Positions 45,061 through 56,960 are shown, counted from the first letter of the stretch. The stretch is DNA of 64,000 bases from an uncultured Christensenellaceae bacterium (GCA_944380295.1 CALWHE010000003.1:96057-160056), one strand, 5' to 3'. Numbers and translations: made by a program. The notes: generated by a model from the sequence alone, not told the origin.

Positions 45061-46611
45061 TCATTTTTCCAGATCGAACACGTCGTTGCACAAGCCGTCG
45101 GCGTAAGCCGGCTCGTGCGAGACCAGGATAAAGGCTCCCTCATAGGCTTCCAAGGCTTCCGCCAGCGCCTCTTTGGAGAGGGAGTCAAGGTGGTTGGTCG
45201 GCTCGTCAAGAATGAGCAGATTGCTCTCTTTTTGCATGAGCGAGCACAGCTTCACGCGCACCTGTTCGCCGCCGGAGAGGCTGCCCACCGCCTTGGTGGC
45301 AAGGTCGCCGCGTATGCCCACGCGCGCCAGTTGGTTGCGCACCTCTTTTTGCGAAAGTTTGGGGTGGCGGTAAGACATGAAAGACGCCGCGTTCATCTCT
45401 TTGGAGGGGAATTCCAGGTCCTGTTCGATGTAATTTATCTTGACGTTGATGTTATAAGAAAAACTGCCGGAAACGGGCGGGAGCAGCCTCATCAGAGTTT
45501 TCAAGATGGTGGTCTTGCCCATGCCGTTGGTGCCGCGCAGCCACAGTTTGCTCTCGCTGCTCAAAGTGAAGTTGAGCGGCGGCAGGATGGCTTTGCCGTT
45601 ATAACCCACGCTCAGCTCGTTCACGTCCAGCAGGTGTTTGGTCACCAGCAGGGTGTAAGGGAAGAGAAAGGTGGGCTTTTCAAAGGAGACGGGCTTGGAG
45701 AGCACGTCTATCCTGTCCAACATCTTTTTGCGGCTGTTCGCCATGCCGGCGGTGGCGGCGCGCGCCTTGTTGCGGGCGATATAATCTTCCATGCGCTTGA
45801 TCTCGCGCTGCTGGCGCTCGTAACTTTCCGCGTATTGCTTGGCGTCCGATTCGTGTTGCTGCAAAAATTTGTCGTAATCGCCCCAATATTTTTTGATGCG
45901 GCTGTTTTCTATGTTGACGATTATTTTGCACACGCGGTTGAGAAATTCCCCGTCGTGTGACACCAAAAGGAAGGTGCCCTTGTAAGAATCCAGGTATTTG
46001 GCGAGCCAGTCTATCTGTTCCAGGTCCAAAAAGTTGGTAGGCTCGTCCAGCAGCATGGCGTCCGGCTCGTCCAGCAAAAGTTTTGCCAGCATCACTTTGG
46101 CGCGCTGTCCGCCGCTGAGCTTGCCGATGAGCGTGTCGTAACCCAGCGCGCTTATGCCCAAGCCGCCCGCCACCTTTTTTATCTGCGCTTCCAGCGAATA
46201 AAAGTCCGCCTCGTCCAATTGCTGCTGCATGGCGGCGGTGCGGTTGATCAGTTTGTCCAGCTCTTTTTCATCTATGTCCGGGTCGGACATGCGCGCATAT
46301 GCCGCGTCCAGGCGGGCGGAGAGATCGAAGAGGGCTTGGAAACTGCCTTCCAGATACTGCATGACGGTGAGGGAGCGGTCTATGTCCGCGTGCTGATCCA
46401 GATACCCCACCTTTATGCCGGGCAGCCAGCGCACCTCGCCCGCATCCTGCACCAGCGTGCCGGTGAGGATCTTCATAAAAGTGGATTTGCCCGCGCCGTT
46501 AAGTCCGACAATGCCGATATGCTCGCCGTTGTTCACGGTGAGATCCGCCTCGTCGAAGAGGACTTTGTTGTCGTATGTGTGGCTCAGCCCTTTGATCGTC
46601 AGAATGCTCAT
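45061..46611 (-). CDS. ABC-F family ATPase (two cassettes, no TM domain)
   Basis: Walker A motifs GLNGAGKST and GTNGMGKTT, two LSGG signatures, and an inter-domain linker rich in charged residues (QQREIKRMEDYIARNKARA). 516 aa. Confidence 0.85.
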   Translation of the reverse strand: MSILTIKGLSHTYDNKVLFDEADLTVNNGEHIGIVGLNGAGKSTFMKILTGTLVQDAGEVRWLPGIKVGYLDQHADIDRSLTVMQYLEGSFQALFDLSARLDAAYARMSDPDIDEKELDKLINRTAAMQQQLDEADFYSLEAQIKKVAGGLGISALGYDTLIGKLSGGQRAKVMLAKLLLDEPDAMLLDEPTNFLDLEQIDWLAKYLDSYKGTFLLVSHDGEFLNRVCKIIVNIENSRIKKYWGDYDKFLQQHESDAKQYAESYERQQREIKRMEDYIARNKARAATAGMANSRKKMLDRIDVLSKPVSFEKPTFLFPYTLLVTKHLLDVNELSVGYNGKAILPPLNFTLSSESKLWLRGTNGMGKTTILKTLMRLLPPVSGSFSYNINVKINYIEQDLEFPSKEMNAASFMSYRHPKLSQKEVRNQLARVGIRGDLATKAVGSLSGGEQVRVKLCSLMQKESNLLILDEPTNHLDSLSKEALAEALEAYEGAFILVSHEPAYADGLCNDVFDLEK

Positions 46612-46753
46612 AACGGAGTAATTTTAACGCATTTAAGCGCAAAAGTCAAAGAAAAACGCCTTCAAACAGGCGCGTGCGGCGGTTTTGGGGCGCGCGGCGT
46701 AAGGAAAATTTTTGGATGCGGGCAAAAAAAAAGTAAAAATTTTTATTTACATA

Positions 46754-46783
46754 TTGAAAAGCACCCTAAGAGTGTGGTATAAT
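46754..46783 (+). promoter_or_regulatory. Candidate promoter of the glycogen operon
   Basis: TTGAAA (46754-46759), 18-nt spacer, extended -10 TGGTATAAT (TATAAT at 46778-46783). Confidence 0.55.
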
Positions 46784-46811
46784 GGACGCGATAAGGAATT
46801 CGAGGTGAAAA

Positions 46812-48734
46812 ATGGCTCGCAAGGAAACGGATTTTCCGATATTTTTGTTTCACGAAGGTAACAATACCGAAGCGTATAAGCTTTTTTCGCCGCACAGAGC
46901 GGTGGTGAAGAAAAAAGAAGGCTGGCTGTTTCGCGTCTGGGCGCCGCATGCGCAGGCGGTCTCCGTGGTGGGCGACTTCAACGGTTGGAACAGAGAGGCG
47001 GACCCCATGCGGCTCTTGGAGAAGAGCGACGGCATTTGGGAAGCGTTTATCCCCGGACTTAATGTTTACGACGTTTACAAGTATTGCATCACGCAGGCGG
47101 ACGGCAGGCAGGTGCTCAAAGCCGACCCTTACGCGCTGCATTCGGAAACGGCTCCCGCCACCGGCTCCAAGCTCTATGAGAGCGAATACAAGTGGACGGA
47201 CGCCAAGTGGATGGCGGCGCGCCGCGATCACGATCCTTACTCCTCGCCCATGAACATATACGAGGTGCACCTCGGCTCTTGGCGCAGGCACGCGGACGGC
47301 AATCCGCTCTCTTACCGCGACCTTGCCGTGCAGCTGAGCGAATATGTCAAGGATATGGGCTATACGCACATAGAGATACTGCCCGTGACGGAATATCCCT
47401 TCGAAGGTTCGTGGGGGTATCAGGTGACGGGCATGTTCGCGCCCACTTCGCGTTACGGCGCGCCCGACGACTTCAAGTATTTCGTGGACGTCATGCACAA
47501 GGCGGGCATTGGCGTGATATTGGATTGGGTGGCGGCGCACTTCCCCAAAGACGAACACGGACTTTATAATTTTGACGGCAAGCCGCTTTACGAATATACC
47601 GATCCGCTCAAAGCCGAGCACAAGGAATGGGGCACCATGGTGTTTGATTACGGCAGGCGGGAAGTGGTTTCCTTCCTGCTCTCTTCCGCCTCTTTCTGGC
47701 TGAGCGAATACCACATAGACGGCATACGCATGGATGCGGTGGCAAGCATGCTCTATCTGGATTACGGGCGCAAGGAGTGGCGCCCCAACGCCTTTGGCGG
47801 CAACTATAATCTGGAAGCCATCGACTTTTTGAAAAAACTGAACACCGCCATGCTCACCGCGCATGAAGGCGCGCTGATGATCGCGGAAGAATCCACCGCG
47901 TTCCCCATGGTCACCAAGCCGGCGGACGTGGGCGGACTGGGCTTCAACTTCAAGTGGAACATGGGCTGGATGAACGACATGCTGCGCTATGTTTCCGCCA
48001 ACCCCTTCTTCCGCAAGGATATGCACAACAACGTGACTTTTGCCATCACATACGCTTTTTCCGAAAATTACATCCTGCCGCTTTCGCATGACGAGGTGGT
48101 GCACGGCAAATGCTCTCTCATCAACAAGATGCCGGGAGAGTATGAGGAGAAGTTCGAGGGCTTAAAGACGTTTTTGGGCTTTATGATGGCGCACCCGGGC
48201 AAAAAGCTGCTCTTCATGGGCGGGGAGTTCGCCCAGTTCATCGAGTGGGATTACAAGCGCCCGCTGGACTGGTTTTTGCTCGATTATCCCGCGCACGCCG
48301 ATATGCAGAACTTTGTGCGCGACCTCAACGCCTACTATCTCAAACATCCGGAAATGTATATGCTCGACGCCTCTTACGACGGGTTCAAGTGGATAGTGGT
48401 GGACGACAACACGCAGAACATCGTTTCCTTTGTGCGTTACGACAACAAGGGCGGACACACGGTGGCGGTGTTCAATTTCAGTCCCGTGGCACGCACGGGC
48501 TATCAGATGGGTATCCCGCAGGCGCGCGAATATAAAGTGGCGCTGTGCAGCACCGATCCCAAATACGGCGGCAGCGGCTTCACGCCCGCATACGCGGCGC
48601 AGGAGGGCGGCATGCACGCGCAGGAGTATCACATCACCATGGACATTCCCCCGGCAAGCGTGACTTACCTTGTCCCGGGTAAAAAAATAACTTTCAAAAA
48701 GAAAAAGACAGATAAGGAAGGTGAAAAGAAATGA
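46812..48734 (+). CDS. glgB: 1,4-alpha-glucan branching enzyme
   Basis: GH13 motifs [37 protein letters not shown]. 640 aa. Confidence 0.92.
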   Translation: MARKETDFPIFLFHEGNNTEAYKLFSPHRAVVKKKEGWLFRVWAPHAQAVSVVGDFNGWNREADPMRLLEKSDGIWEAFIPGLNVYDVYKYCITQADGRQVLKADPYALHSETAPATGSKLYESEYKWTDAKWMAARRDHDPYSSPMNIYEVHLGSWRRHADGNPLSYRDLAVQLSEYVKDMGYTHIEILPVTEYPFEGSWGYQVTGMFAPTSRYGAPDDFKYFVDVMHKAGIGVILDWVAAHFPKDEHGLYNFDGKPLYEYTDPLKAEHKEWGTMVFDYGRREVVSFLLSSASFWLSEYHIDGIRMDAVASMLYLDYGRKEWRPNAFGGNYNLEAIDFLKKLNTAMLTAHEGALMIAEESTAFPMVTKPADVGGLGFNFKWNMGWMNDMLRYVSANPFFRKDMHNNVTFAITYAFSENYILPLSHDEVVHGKCSLINKMPGEYEEKFEGLKTFLGFMMAHPGKKLLFMGGEFAQFIEWDYKRPLDWFLLDYPAHADMQNFVRDLNAYYLKHPEMYMLDASYDGFKWIVVDDNTQNIVSFVRYDNKGGHTVAVFNFSPVARTGYQMGIPQAREYKVALCSTDPKYGGSGFTPAYAAQEGGMHAQEYHITMDIPPASVTYLVPGKKITFKKKKTDKEGEKK

Positions 48735-49918
48735 ATTCCAGAAAAAAGGAATGCGTGGCAATGCTGCTTGCGGGCGGACAGGGCACCAGACTCTATTCGC
48801 TCACCAAAAACGTTGCAAAACCGGCTGTGTCGTTCGGCGGCAAGTATCGCATCATCGATTTTCCGCTGTCCAACTGCATCAATTCGGGCATCGATACCAT
48901 AGGCGTGCTCACGCAGTATCAGCCGTTTGCGCTCAACCAATACATAGGCAACGGTCAGCCCTGGGATCTGGACAGGCTCAACGGCGGCGTGTTTGTGCTC
49001 CCGCCCTATATGAAGGCGAAAAACTCCGACTGGTATAAGGGCACGGCAAACGCCATTTATCAGAACATCGAGTTTATCGACAAGTTTTCGCCCGAATACG
49101 TGCTGGTGCTCTCCGGCGACCATATTTACAAGATGGATTACGCGGACATGCTGGCAAGCCACAAGAGGCGCGGCGCGGACTGCACGATAGCGGTCATCAA
49201 CGTCACGTTGGAAGAGGCGTCCCGCTTCGGCATCATGAACACCAAAGAGGACGGGGAGATCTATGAGTTTGAAGAAAAGCCCAAAAAGCCCAAGAGCACA
49301 AACGCTTCCATGGGCATATACATCTTTACCTGGGAAAAGCTGCGCCGCTATCTGATAGAGGACGAGGCGGACAAGACTTCTTCCAACGACTTCGGCAAGA
49401 ACATCATACCCGCCATGCTCAAAGACGGCTGCAAACTTTACGCTTACAATTTCAGCGGTTACTGGAAGGACGTGGGCACGATAAACAGCCTGTGGGAAGC
49501 CAATATGGACCTTTTGGACGAGGACAGCGGGCTTAATCTGGACGACGATAACCATAAGATATACGCGCGCAACTCCGCCGAGCCGCCGCATTACACGGGT
49601 GCGGACGCCGTCATCTCCAACTCCCTGGTCACGGAGGGCTGCGAGATAGACGGAAAGGTGGTGCACAGCGTCATCTCCACGGGCGCGGAAGTGTGTAAGG
49701 GCGCGCAGGTGAGCCACAGCATCATCATGCCGGGCGCCAAGGTGCACGCCGGCGCAAAGGTGTCTTACGCCATCGTGGGCGACGGCGCGGACATCGGAGA
49801 AAACGCCGTGGTGGGCGCGCAGCAGGAGGGGGCGGAACATTACGCCATCTCCGTGGTGGCGCCTTTCTACAAGGTGGACAAGGGCGCGGCGGTGGAAGCC
49901 GGCGCCATGGTGGAATAA
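48731..49918 (+). CDS. glgC: Glucose-1-phosphate adenylyltransferase, catalytic subunit
   Basis: [33 protein letters not shown], plus a C-terminal beta-helix. ATGA overlap with glgB. Confidence 0.92.
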   Translation: MNSRKKECVAMLLAGGQGTRLYSLTKNVAKPAVSFGGKYRIIDFPLSNCINSGIDTIGVLTQYQPFALNQYIGNGQPWDLDRLNGGVFVLPPYMKAKNSDWYKGTANAIYQNIEFIDKFSPEYVLVLSGDHIYKMDYADMLASHKRRGADCTIAVINVTLEEASRFGIMNTKEDGEIYEFEEKPKKPKSTNASMGIYIFTWEKLRRYLIEDEADKTSSNDFGKNIIPAMLKDGCKLYAYNFSGYWKDVGTINSLWEANMDLLDEDSGLNLDDDNHKIYARNSAEPPHYTGADAVISNSLVTEGCEIDGKVVHSVISTGAEVCKGAQVSHSIIMPGAKVHAGAKVSYAIVGDGADIGENAVVGAQQEGAEHYAISVVAPFYKVDKGAAVEAGAMVE

Positions 49919-49930
49919 GGAGGAAGAACA

Positions 49931-51043
49931 ATGAACGATATAATGGGTATCATCTTTGCAAGCGATAACGAAACCAAGCTCAACGAGCTTACCCTGCACC
50001 GCACCACGGCGTCTTTGCCCTTCTGCGGCAGGTATAGGTTCATCGACTTCACCCTTTCCAACTTCGTCAACAGCCAGATAACCAACCTGGGCATCATCAC
50101 GCGCAACAATTATTCTTCGCTCACGGACCATATCCGCATGGGCAGAGATTGGGATCTGAACAGGAAAAACGGCGGCATTGCCGTGTTCCCCCCTTATTTT
50201 TCCAACAGCGCGCGCAGCATGAACAGGGGCAAGATAGAGGCGCTTTACAGCGTGATCGACTTTGTGGAAAAAGCCTCGGAGGAATATGTGGTGGTCACCA
50301 ACTCCAACATCGCCGCCAACATCGACTTCGACGCCGTGTTCATGGCGCACACCGCCAAGGGCGCGGACATCACCATGCTCACTTACACGGCGTGCCCCAA
50401 CACTTCGCGCAAGGTGATAGTCACGGAGGACATGGCGGGCAGGGTGACGGACATGCGCATCACGCAGACGCCTTCCGCCACTCCCGCGGAGATGGGACTG
50501 AACATCTATCTGCTCAAAAAACAACTGCTCATAGACTTGGTCACGGACAGTTACGAGCGGGGATATACCGACTTTGAAAAGCATATACTGCAACAGAAAA
50601 AAGACAGCTTGAAGATATACGGTTACCATGTGGACGGCTACGTGGGCGTGATAGACGACATCAAGTCGTATTATCACGAGAGCATGCGCATTCTGGACAC
50701 CGATCTGCGCAACGATCTGTTCACGCGCAACGGCACCATCTTCACCAAGGTCAAAGACAGCGTGCCCACACGTTACCGCGACGGGGCGAACGTGAAAAAT
50801 TCGCTCATTGCCGACGGCTGCGACATCAACGGCACGGTGATCAACTCCATTCTCTTCCGCGGAGTCAAAGTGGAAGCGGGTGCGGTGATAGAAAATTCCA
50901 TCGTCATGGAAGGGGGCAAGGTCAGCGCCGGCGCGCAGATGAGTTACATCATCGCGGACAAAGACGTGACCATCACGGAAGACAAGAAGATAAGCGGTTA
51001 CGAAACTTATCCGATGGTAATAGTAAAAGGCAAGACCGTTTAA
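49931..51043 (+). CDS. glgD: Glucose-1-phosphate adenylyltransferase, GlgD subunit
   Basis: A GlgC paralogue lacking the GGxGxRL loop (IFASDNETKLNELTLHRTTASLPFCGRYRFIDF). Firmicutes-type glgCD arrangement. Confidence 0.88.
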   Translation: MNDIMGIIFASDNETKLNELTLHRTTASLPFCGRYRFIDFTLSNFVNSQITNLGIITRNNYSSLTDHIRMGRDWDLNRKNGGIAVFPPYFSNSARSMNRGKIEALYSVIDFVEKASEEYVVVTNSNIAANIDFDAVFMAHTAKGADITMLTYTACPNTSRKVIVTEDMAGRVTDMRITQTPSATPAEMGLNIYLLKKQLLIDLVTDSYERGYTDFEKHILQQKKDSLKIYGYHVDGYVGVIDDIKSYYHESMRILDTDLRNDLFTRNGTIFTKVKDSVPTRYRDGANVKNSLIADGCDINGTVINSILFRGVKVEAGAVIENSIVMEGGKVSAGAQMSYIIADKDVTITEDKKISGYETYPMVIVKGKTV

Positions 51044-51062
51044 TAAAAAGGAGGGAAGAGAT

Positions 51063-52583
51063 ATGGCGCAAGCAAAGAAAAAACCTGCCGCAAAGGCGGC
51101 TCAGGCTCCGGAAAAAGAGGCTGTGAAGACTGCCGCGGCGCAGGAAAAGACCGTAGGCAAAAAGAAGATACTTTTCGTGGCGTCCGAAGCGTTGCCCTTT
51201 GTCAAAACGGGCGGTTTGGCGGACGTGGCGGCGGCTCTGCCCAAGGCGCTGAACGCGGACGGCTATGATTGCAGAGTGGTGATGCCGCTCTATTACGACA
51301 TACCCGACGACTTCAAGCACACCATGCGCTGTTTGGGCAACGTGTATGTGCCGCTTGCCTGGCGCAACCAGTATTGCGGCGTGTTCACGCAGACTTACGA
51401 GGGCGTGACTTATTATTTCCTGGACAACGAATATTACTTCAAGCGCAGGGGACTTTACGGGCATTACGACGACGGGGAGAGGTTCTCCTTCTTCTCCAAG
51501 GCGGTTTTGGAGAGCATGTCGGTCACCGGATTTTATCCGGACATCATCCACGCCAACGACTGGCACACGGCGCTGGTGCCCGTCTATCTGGACGTGTTCT
51601 ACCGCGGCATACCCCAGCTCAACGGCGTGAAGACCATCTTCACCATTCACAATATCCAGTTCCAGGGACAATACGGGGACAGCATCATCGGCGACGTGCT
51701 GGGCATACCCGCCGACAGGGCGAGCCTGGTGATGTATAAGGGCTGCGCCAACTTCATGAAGGGCGCGATAGAGTGCTCCAACATCGTCACCACCGTTTCT
51801 CCCACTTACGCGGGCGAGATACTGGATCCTTATTACGGCTATGAAATGGAAGACATCCTGCGCCAGCGCAGTTACAAGCTGCGCGGCATTGTCAACGGCA
51901 TAGACACGGAGAAAAACGACCCCGCCGCGGACAAGGCGCTGTTTGTCAATTACAGCCTGGACACTTTTGCCAAAAAGGCGGAAAACAAGCTGGCGTTGCA
52001 GCGCATGCTGGGACTGCCGGAGAACAAGGACGCGGCAATGATAGGCATGGTGGGCAGGCTCACCGAACAAAAGGGACTCGATCTGGTGGCGGCGGTGCTG
52101 GAAAACATCATGCAGCTGCCCGTGCAGATGGTCATTTTGGGGCAGGGCGACTGGCGCTATGAGGAAACCTTCAAGCGCGCGCAGAACGAACACACGGCAA
52201 AGCTGCGCTGCGTGCTGGGCTTTTCCGCGGATCTGGCGTCCAAGATATACGGCGCTTCTGATATGTTCCTCATGCCGTCCAAGTTCGAGCCTTGCGGGTT
52301 GAGCCAGCTGATAGCCATGCGTTACGGTTCCGTGCCCATCGTGCGCGAAACGGGCGGGCTGAAAGACACCGTGCGCCCTTATAACCACGATACGGGCGAG
52401 GGCAACGGGCTGACCTTCTATTCGTATAACGCTTACGATATGCTGGACGCGATCCAGCGCGCGGTGGGACTTTACCGCGATTACAAGAGCGACTGGGCAA
52501 AAGTGGTGGAAAACGGCATGACCGGGGATTATTCCTGGGCAGCCACCGCCAAGAAATACGAAGAGATCTATCAAAACGTATAA
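51063..52583 (+). CDS. glgA: Glycogen synthase (GT5) with a K/A-rich N-terminal extension
   Basis: KILFVASEALPFVKTGGLADV (KTGGL motif), PSKFEPCGLSQL. About 35 extra residues sit upstream of the conserved start. Confidence 0.92.
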   Translation: MAQAKKKPAAKAAQAPEKEAVKTAAAQEKTVGKKKILFVASEALPFVKTGGLADVAAALPKALNADGYDCRVVMPLYYDIPDDFKHTMRCLGNVYVPLAWRNQYCGVFTQTYEGVTYYFLDNEYYFKRRGLYGHYDDGERFSFFSKAVLESMSVTGFYPDIIHANDWHTALVPVYLDVFYRGIPQLNGVKTIFTIHNIQFQGQYGDSIIGDVLGIPADRASLVMYKGCANFMKGAIECSNIVTTVSPTYAGEILDPYYGYEMEDILRQRSYKLRGIVNGIDTEKNDPAADKALFVNYSLDTFAKKAENKLALQRMLGLPENKDAAMIGMVGRLTEQKGLDLVAAVLENIMQLPVQMVILGQGDWRYEETFKRAQNEHTAKLRCVLGFSADLASKIYGASDMFLMPSKFEPCGLSQLIAMRYGSVPIVRETGGLKDTVRPYNHDTGEGNGLTFYSYNAYDMLDAIQRAVGLYRDYKSDWAKVVENGMTGDYSWAATAKKYEEIYQNV

Positions 52584-52654
52584 TGATACCGTCCCCCGGC
52601 AAAAATGCCGGGGGAACGAGAGGGGGAAGAATACGGAAAAACTCGGAGATAAGT

Positions 52655-55096
52655 ATGACAGTAAGTAAAGAAGCATTAAGGCAGGCGATCGAGGACAACG
52701 CCATGAAACTGTTCGGCATTGCGCTGAAAGAGGCGTCCTCCAATCAGTTTTACAAGTGCGTGTGCGTGGCGGTGAGAGATATGCTTACGGAACAGCGCCA
52801 CGAATTCAAACAGCAGATGCGCAAACAGCAGAGCAAACAGGTCTATTACATGTCCATGGAATTTTTGCTGGGGCGCTCGCTGAAAAACCATCTTTTCAAC
52901 ATGGGCATCACACAGCCGGTGGCGGAGATAGCCAAAGAGTTCGGCTGGGACATAGAAGACGTTTTCGCCAACGAACCGGACGCGGGTCTGGGCAACGGCG
53001 GTTTGGGCAGGCTGGCGGCGGCATATATGGAATCGCTCACCAATCTGGGCTATGCGGCAAGCGGCTTTTCCATTAAATACGATTACGGCATATTCAAGCA
53101 GAAGATAGCGGACGGCTGGCAGCTGGAACTGCCCGACGAATGGCTGGAAGACGGCGCCGTGTGGCTGGCGCCGCGCAAGGAAGACACTTTCCAAGTGCGC
53201 TTCGGCGGCAGGATCAACCAGAGGTGGGAGAACGACAGGCTTTATATCGATTATATAGACAGCGACATCGTGGAAGCCACGCCTTACGACATGAACATCA
53301 GCGGTTACCACAGCTTTGCGGTCAACAAGCTCAGGCTGTGGACGGCAAGCGCGCCCAAGGTGTTCGACATGCAGCTCTTTTCCGAGGGGCAGTATGTCAA
53401 ATCCACGGAAGCGCAGGCGCTGGCGGAGAGCATCTGCCGCGTGCTTTATCCCGCCGACCATCACACGGAAGGCAAGATGCTGCGCCTCAAACAGCAATAC
53501 TTCTTTGTGTCCGCGTCCATGCAGTCCATCATCAAACAGCACCTCAATCAATACGGCACGCTGGATAACTTTGCGGAAAAGGTGGCTATCCACATCAACG
53601 ATACCCACCCCACCTTGTGCATACCCGAATTGATGAGGCTTTTGCTGGACGAATACGGTTACGACTGGGACAAAGCGTGGGACATCGTCACCAAGACCAT
53701 CTCTTACACCAACCACACCGTGATGGCGGAGGCGCTGGAAAAGTGGCCGGCAAACCTGTTTGAAAGGCTGCTGCCGCGCATTTATCAGATAGTGACGGAG
53801 ATAAACAGCCGTTTCTGCGCCGATCTGTGGAATTTTTATCCCAACGACTGGAACAAGGTGTCTTACAACGCCATTCTCTCCCACAACCAGGTGAAGATGG
53901 CAAACATGTGCCTGGCGGCGTCGCACACCATCAACGGCGTTTCCGAGCTGCATTCGGAAATACTCAAAAACGACGTGTTCGACGACTATTACAAGATGTA
54001 TCCCAACAAGTTCACCAATGTCACCAACGGCATAACTTACCGCAGGTGGCTGGCGCAGGCAAACCCCCGCTTGGCGGGCTTGGTGAGCGAGCTGATCGGC
54101 AACGGCTATATGGACGACGCCGACGAGCTGAAAAAGCTGGAAAACTTCAAGGGCAACCGCGAGGTGCTCAAAAAGGTGGGGCAGGTCAAGCGCGCCAACA
54201 AGGCGGAGCTTGCCGACTTCATCGCCAAGACAAACGGCGTGAAGGTGGATCCGGATTCCATCTTCGACGTGCAGGTGAAGAGGCTGCACGAATACAAGAG
54301 GCAGCTGCTCAACGTGCTGCACATTTTGGATCTTTATTACCGCTTGAAGGATGATCCCGACCTGGACGTGAACCCCAGGACGTATATCTTCGGCGCCAAA
54401 GCCGCGCCCAGTTATTATATGGCAAAGCAGATAATCAGGCTCATCTGCCAGCTGGGCAACATGGTCAACGCGGACAAGGACATCAAGGATAAGCTGAAAG
54501 TGGTGTTCATGGAAAATTATTGCGTCACGCTGGCGGAAAAGATCATGCCGGCGGCGGAAGTTTCCGAGCAGATCTCCGTGGCGGGCAAAGAGGCTTCCGG
54601 CACGGGCAACATGAAGTTCATGGTCAACGGCGCGGTGACGATGGGCACCATGGACGGCGCCAACATAGAGATACATCAGCGCGTGGGCGACGACAACATC
54701 TTCATCTTCGGACTTTTGGCGGACGAGGTGGAAAAACTGAGCCGCGAAGGCTATCAGCCCAGCAGGTATTACAACGAAAACCCGCGCATCAAGCGGGTGA
54801 TAGACGCGCTGCGCAAGGGCGTGAACGGCATTGCCATGAACGAGGTGGCAGACAGCCTCATCAACAGCGACACCTTCAAGGTGCTGGCGGACTTCGGCTC
54901 TTATTGCGACGCGCAGGACAGGCTGGACAAGGCTTATTCGGACAAGGAACGCTGGGCGCGCATGTCGCTGCTCAACACCGCCAACGCCGGCTTCTTCTCC
55001 TCCGACAGGAGCGTGAAGGAATATGCGGACAGGATCTGGCACATACAGCCCGTTAAGGCGCCTTCCAAGGGCGGCAGGGCAAAGAAAAAACAATAA
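52655..55096 (+). CDS. glgP: Glycogen/maltodextrin phosphorylase (GT35)
   Basis: PLP-lysine motif EASGTGNMKFMVNGA, plus LGNGGLGRLAA. ATG 52655 was chosen over the track start 52583, which abuts glgA. Confidence 0.9.
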   Translation: MTVSKEALRQAIEDNAMKLFGIALKEASSNQFYKCVCVAVRDMLTEQRHEFKQQMRKQQSKQVYYMSMEFLLGRSLKNHLFNMGITQPVAEIAKEFGWDIEDVFANEPDAGLGNGGLGRLAAAYMESLTNLGYAASGFSIKYDYGIFKQKIADGWQLELPDEWLEDGAVWLAPRKEDTFQVRFGGRINQRWENDRLYIDYIDSDIVEATPYDMNISGYHSFAVNKLRLWTASAPKVFDMQLFSEGQYVKSTEAQALAESICRVLYPADHHTEGKMLRLKQQYFFVSASMQSIIKQHLNQYGTLDNFAEKVAIHINDTHPTLCIPELMRLLLDEYGYDWDKAWDIVTKTISYTNHTVMAEALEKWPANLFERLLPRIYQIVTEINSRFCADLWNFYPNDWNKVSYNAILSHNQVKMANMCLAASHTINGVSELHSEILKNDVFDDYYKMYPNKFTNVTNGITYRRWLAQANPRLAGLVSELIGNGYMDDADELKKLENFKGNREVLKKVGQVKRANKAELADFIAKTNGVKVDPDSIFDVQVKRLHEYKRQLLNVLHILDLYYRLKDDPDLDVNPRTYIFGAKAAPSYYMAKQIIRLICQLGNMVNADKDIKDKLKVVFMENYCVTLAEKIMPAAEVSEQISVAGKEASGTGNMKFMVNGAVTMGTMDGANIEIHQRVGDDNIFIFGLLADEVEKLSREGYQPSRYYNENPRIKRVIDALRKGVNGIAMNEVADSLINSDTFKVLADFGSYCDAQDRLDKAYSDKERWARMSLLNTANAGFFSSDRSVKEYADRIWHIQPVKAPSKGGRAKKKQ

Positions 55097-55117
55097 TATA
55101 TAAGCGGGGAGTAAGAG

Positions 55118-56944
55118 ATGGCTGCAAATTTTTATTACAACTGTCTGGATGAAGAGTGTAAACGCCCCTTCGGCGCGCTGCGCGCGGGGCACGACCTTTC
55201 GCTGAGCGTTTTTTCACGCGACGGCGTGTTCATCAACAAGGTCACGGTGGTGCTCACCGCCGATGAGGACGGCTCGCAGACGGAGTATCCGATGATCTTC
55301 AAGGGCAAGGAAAACGGAGTGAGCCGTTATGACGCTACCTTCAGAGTGGGTTCGGGCGGACTGTATTTTTATCACTTCGTGTTGGACACGGAGTGGGGCG
55401 GCGAGGTGCGTTACGCGGACGAAAACCAAACGCCCTGGCAGCTGACCGTGTTCAGTTCCAGTTACAAGACGCCGGACTTTATCAAGGGCGGACTTGTTTA
55501 TCAGATCTTTGTGGATCGCTTTAACAAGGGCAAGGATCCGCAGGCGGTGTTCGACAAAAAGGGCGGCGTGCTCAAAGCCTGGAACGAACCGCTCACGGTG
55601 TGCGATCCCGACGGCGTTTATCGCGCCAACGATTTTTACGGCGGCAACCTGCAAGGCGTGATAGATAAGCTCACTTATCTCAAATCTCTGGGCGTGACGC
55701 TCATTTATCTCACCCCCGTGTTTGAATCTGCCTCCAACCACCGTTACGACACGGGCGATTACATGAAGCTGGACAAATTGGTGGGCACGGAAGACAAGCT
55801 AAGAGAGCTTATTCAAAAGGCGGCGGAAAAGGGCATGGGCGTCATCTTGGACGGCGTGTTCAACCACACGGGCGCAGACAGCAAATACTTCAACAAGTTC
55901 GGCAATTATCCCACCGTGGGCGCCTATCAGTCGGAAAGATCGCCCTATGCAGACTGGTATTTCTTCGACAAGTTCCCCGATAAATACAAGTGCTGGTGGG
56001 GCGTGACGGTATCTCCCACGCTCAACAAGCAGGCTCCCTCTCTGCGCCGCATGATGCTGCACAAAAACGGCGTTATCCGCAAGTGGACGGACATGGGCAT
56101 CGCCGGCTGGCGCCTGGACGTGGTGGACGAGCTGGAAGAGAATTACGTGCGCGCTCTGCGCCGCGCCATCAAGCAGAAGGACAAGGACAAACTCATCATC
56201 GGCGAGGTGTGGGAGGACGCGTCCAACAAGGTGAGTTACGATAAGCGCCGCCATTATCTTTTGGGCGGAGAGTTGGACGGCGTGATGAATTACGTCTTCA
56301 AAAACGCCATCATCGATTTTGTGCGCGGCGGCGATCCCGATACCTTTATCGGCGCGGTGGGCAACATCATGGACCATTATCCCAAGCGCGCGCTGGACTG
56401 CTGCTTCACGCTGCTCGACTCTCACGACACCGCGCGTATCAAGAGCGTGCTGGCGGATAAAGACGTGTCAGGGCTGAGCAAGCAGGAAAAGCTCAACGTC
56501 ACGCTCACGCCTTTTGAGCGCGATCTGGCGTGGCGCAGGCTGAAAATAGCGGCGGTGCTGCAATACACTCTGCCCGGCAACCCCATGCTCTATTACGGCG
56601 ACGAGCGCGGCATGGAGGGATATGAAGACCCCACCAACCGCAAAACGGTGGATTGGAAAAATAAAGACGAAGAGATCTTTGCGCTTTATAAAAAGCTGGG
56701 CAGGATACGCAAAAAGTATGCCAGCGTGTTCCGCGGCACCACTTATCTGGAAACGGGCAACGGCATGGCGGTGTTCCACCGCGTTGCCAGGAGCCGCGAG
56801 GTGATCGTGCTCGCCAACAGCAGCAACCACGTGCAGACTTATTACATAGACGGCAAATACACGGATCTGCTCACGGACAGGGAATACGACTTCGGCGACA
56901 TACCCGTTGCTCCCATGGGCGTGATGATCTTGGCAAAAAAGTAA
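55118..56944 (+). CDS. GH13 alpha-amylase-family enzyme (neopullulanase / debranching-type, cytoplasmic)
   Basis: Conserved regions GVILDGVFNHTG, GWRLDVVDEL, IGEVWED, LLDSHDT. N-terminal Ig-like domain. No signal peptide. Confidence 0.85.
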   Translation: MAANFYYNCLDEECKRPFGALRAGHDLSLSVFSRDGVFINKVTVVLTADEDGSQTEYPMIFKGKENGVSRYDATFRVGSGGLYFYHFVLDTEWGGEVRYADENQTPWQLTVFSSSYKTPDFIKGGLVYQIFVDRFNKGKDPQAVFDKKGGVLKAWNEPLTVCDPDGVYRANDFYGGNLQGVIDKLTYLKSLGVTLIYLTPVFESASNHRYDTGDYMKLDKLVGTEDKLRELIQKAAEKGMGVILDGVFNHTGADSKYFNKFGNYPTVGAYQSERSPYADWYFFDKFPDKYKCWWGVTVSPTLNKQAPSLRRMMLHKNGVIRKWTDMGIAGWRLDVVDELEENYVRALRRAIKQKDKDKLIIGEVWEDASNKVSYDKRRHYLLGGELDGVMNYVFKNAIIDFVRGGDPDTFIGAVGNIMDHYPKRALDCCFTLLDSHDTARIKSVLADKDVSGLSKQEKLNVTLTPFERDLAWRRLKIAAVLQYTLPGNPMLYYGDERGMEGYEDPTNRKTVDWKNKDEEIFALYKKLGRIRKKYASVFRGTTYLETGNGMAVFHRVARSREVIVLANSSNHVQTYYIDGKYTDLLTDREYDFGDIPVAPMGVMILAKK

Positions 56945-56960
56945 AGCGTTCCGGAATAAG

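Noticed and set aside
42184-55192. Other large antisense or alternate-frame ORFs in the high-GC right half (for example 43084..44280 -, 45022..45960 +, 46743..48104 -, 48665..50677 -, 50973..52676 -, 52676..55192 -)
   Set aside because: Each is the mirror of a confidently identified gene (MacB-type transporter, ABC-F, glgB, glgC/D, glgA, glgP). Each has a biased, motif-free composition. They are treated as GC-driven artefacts.
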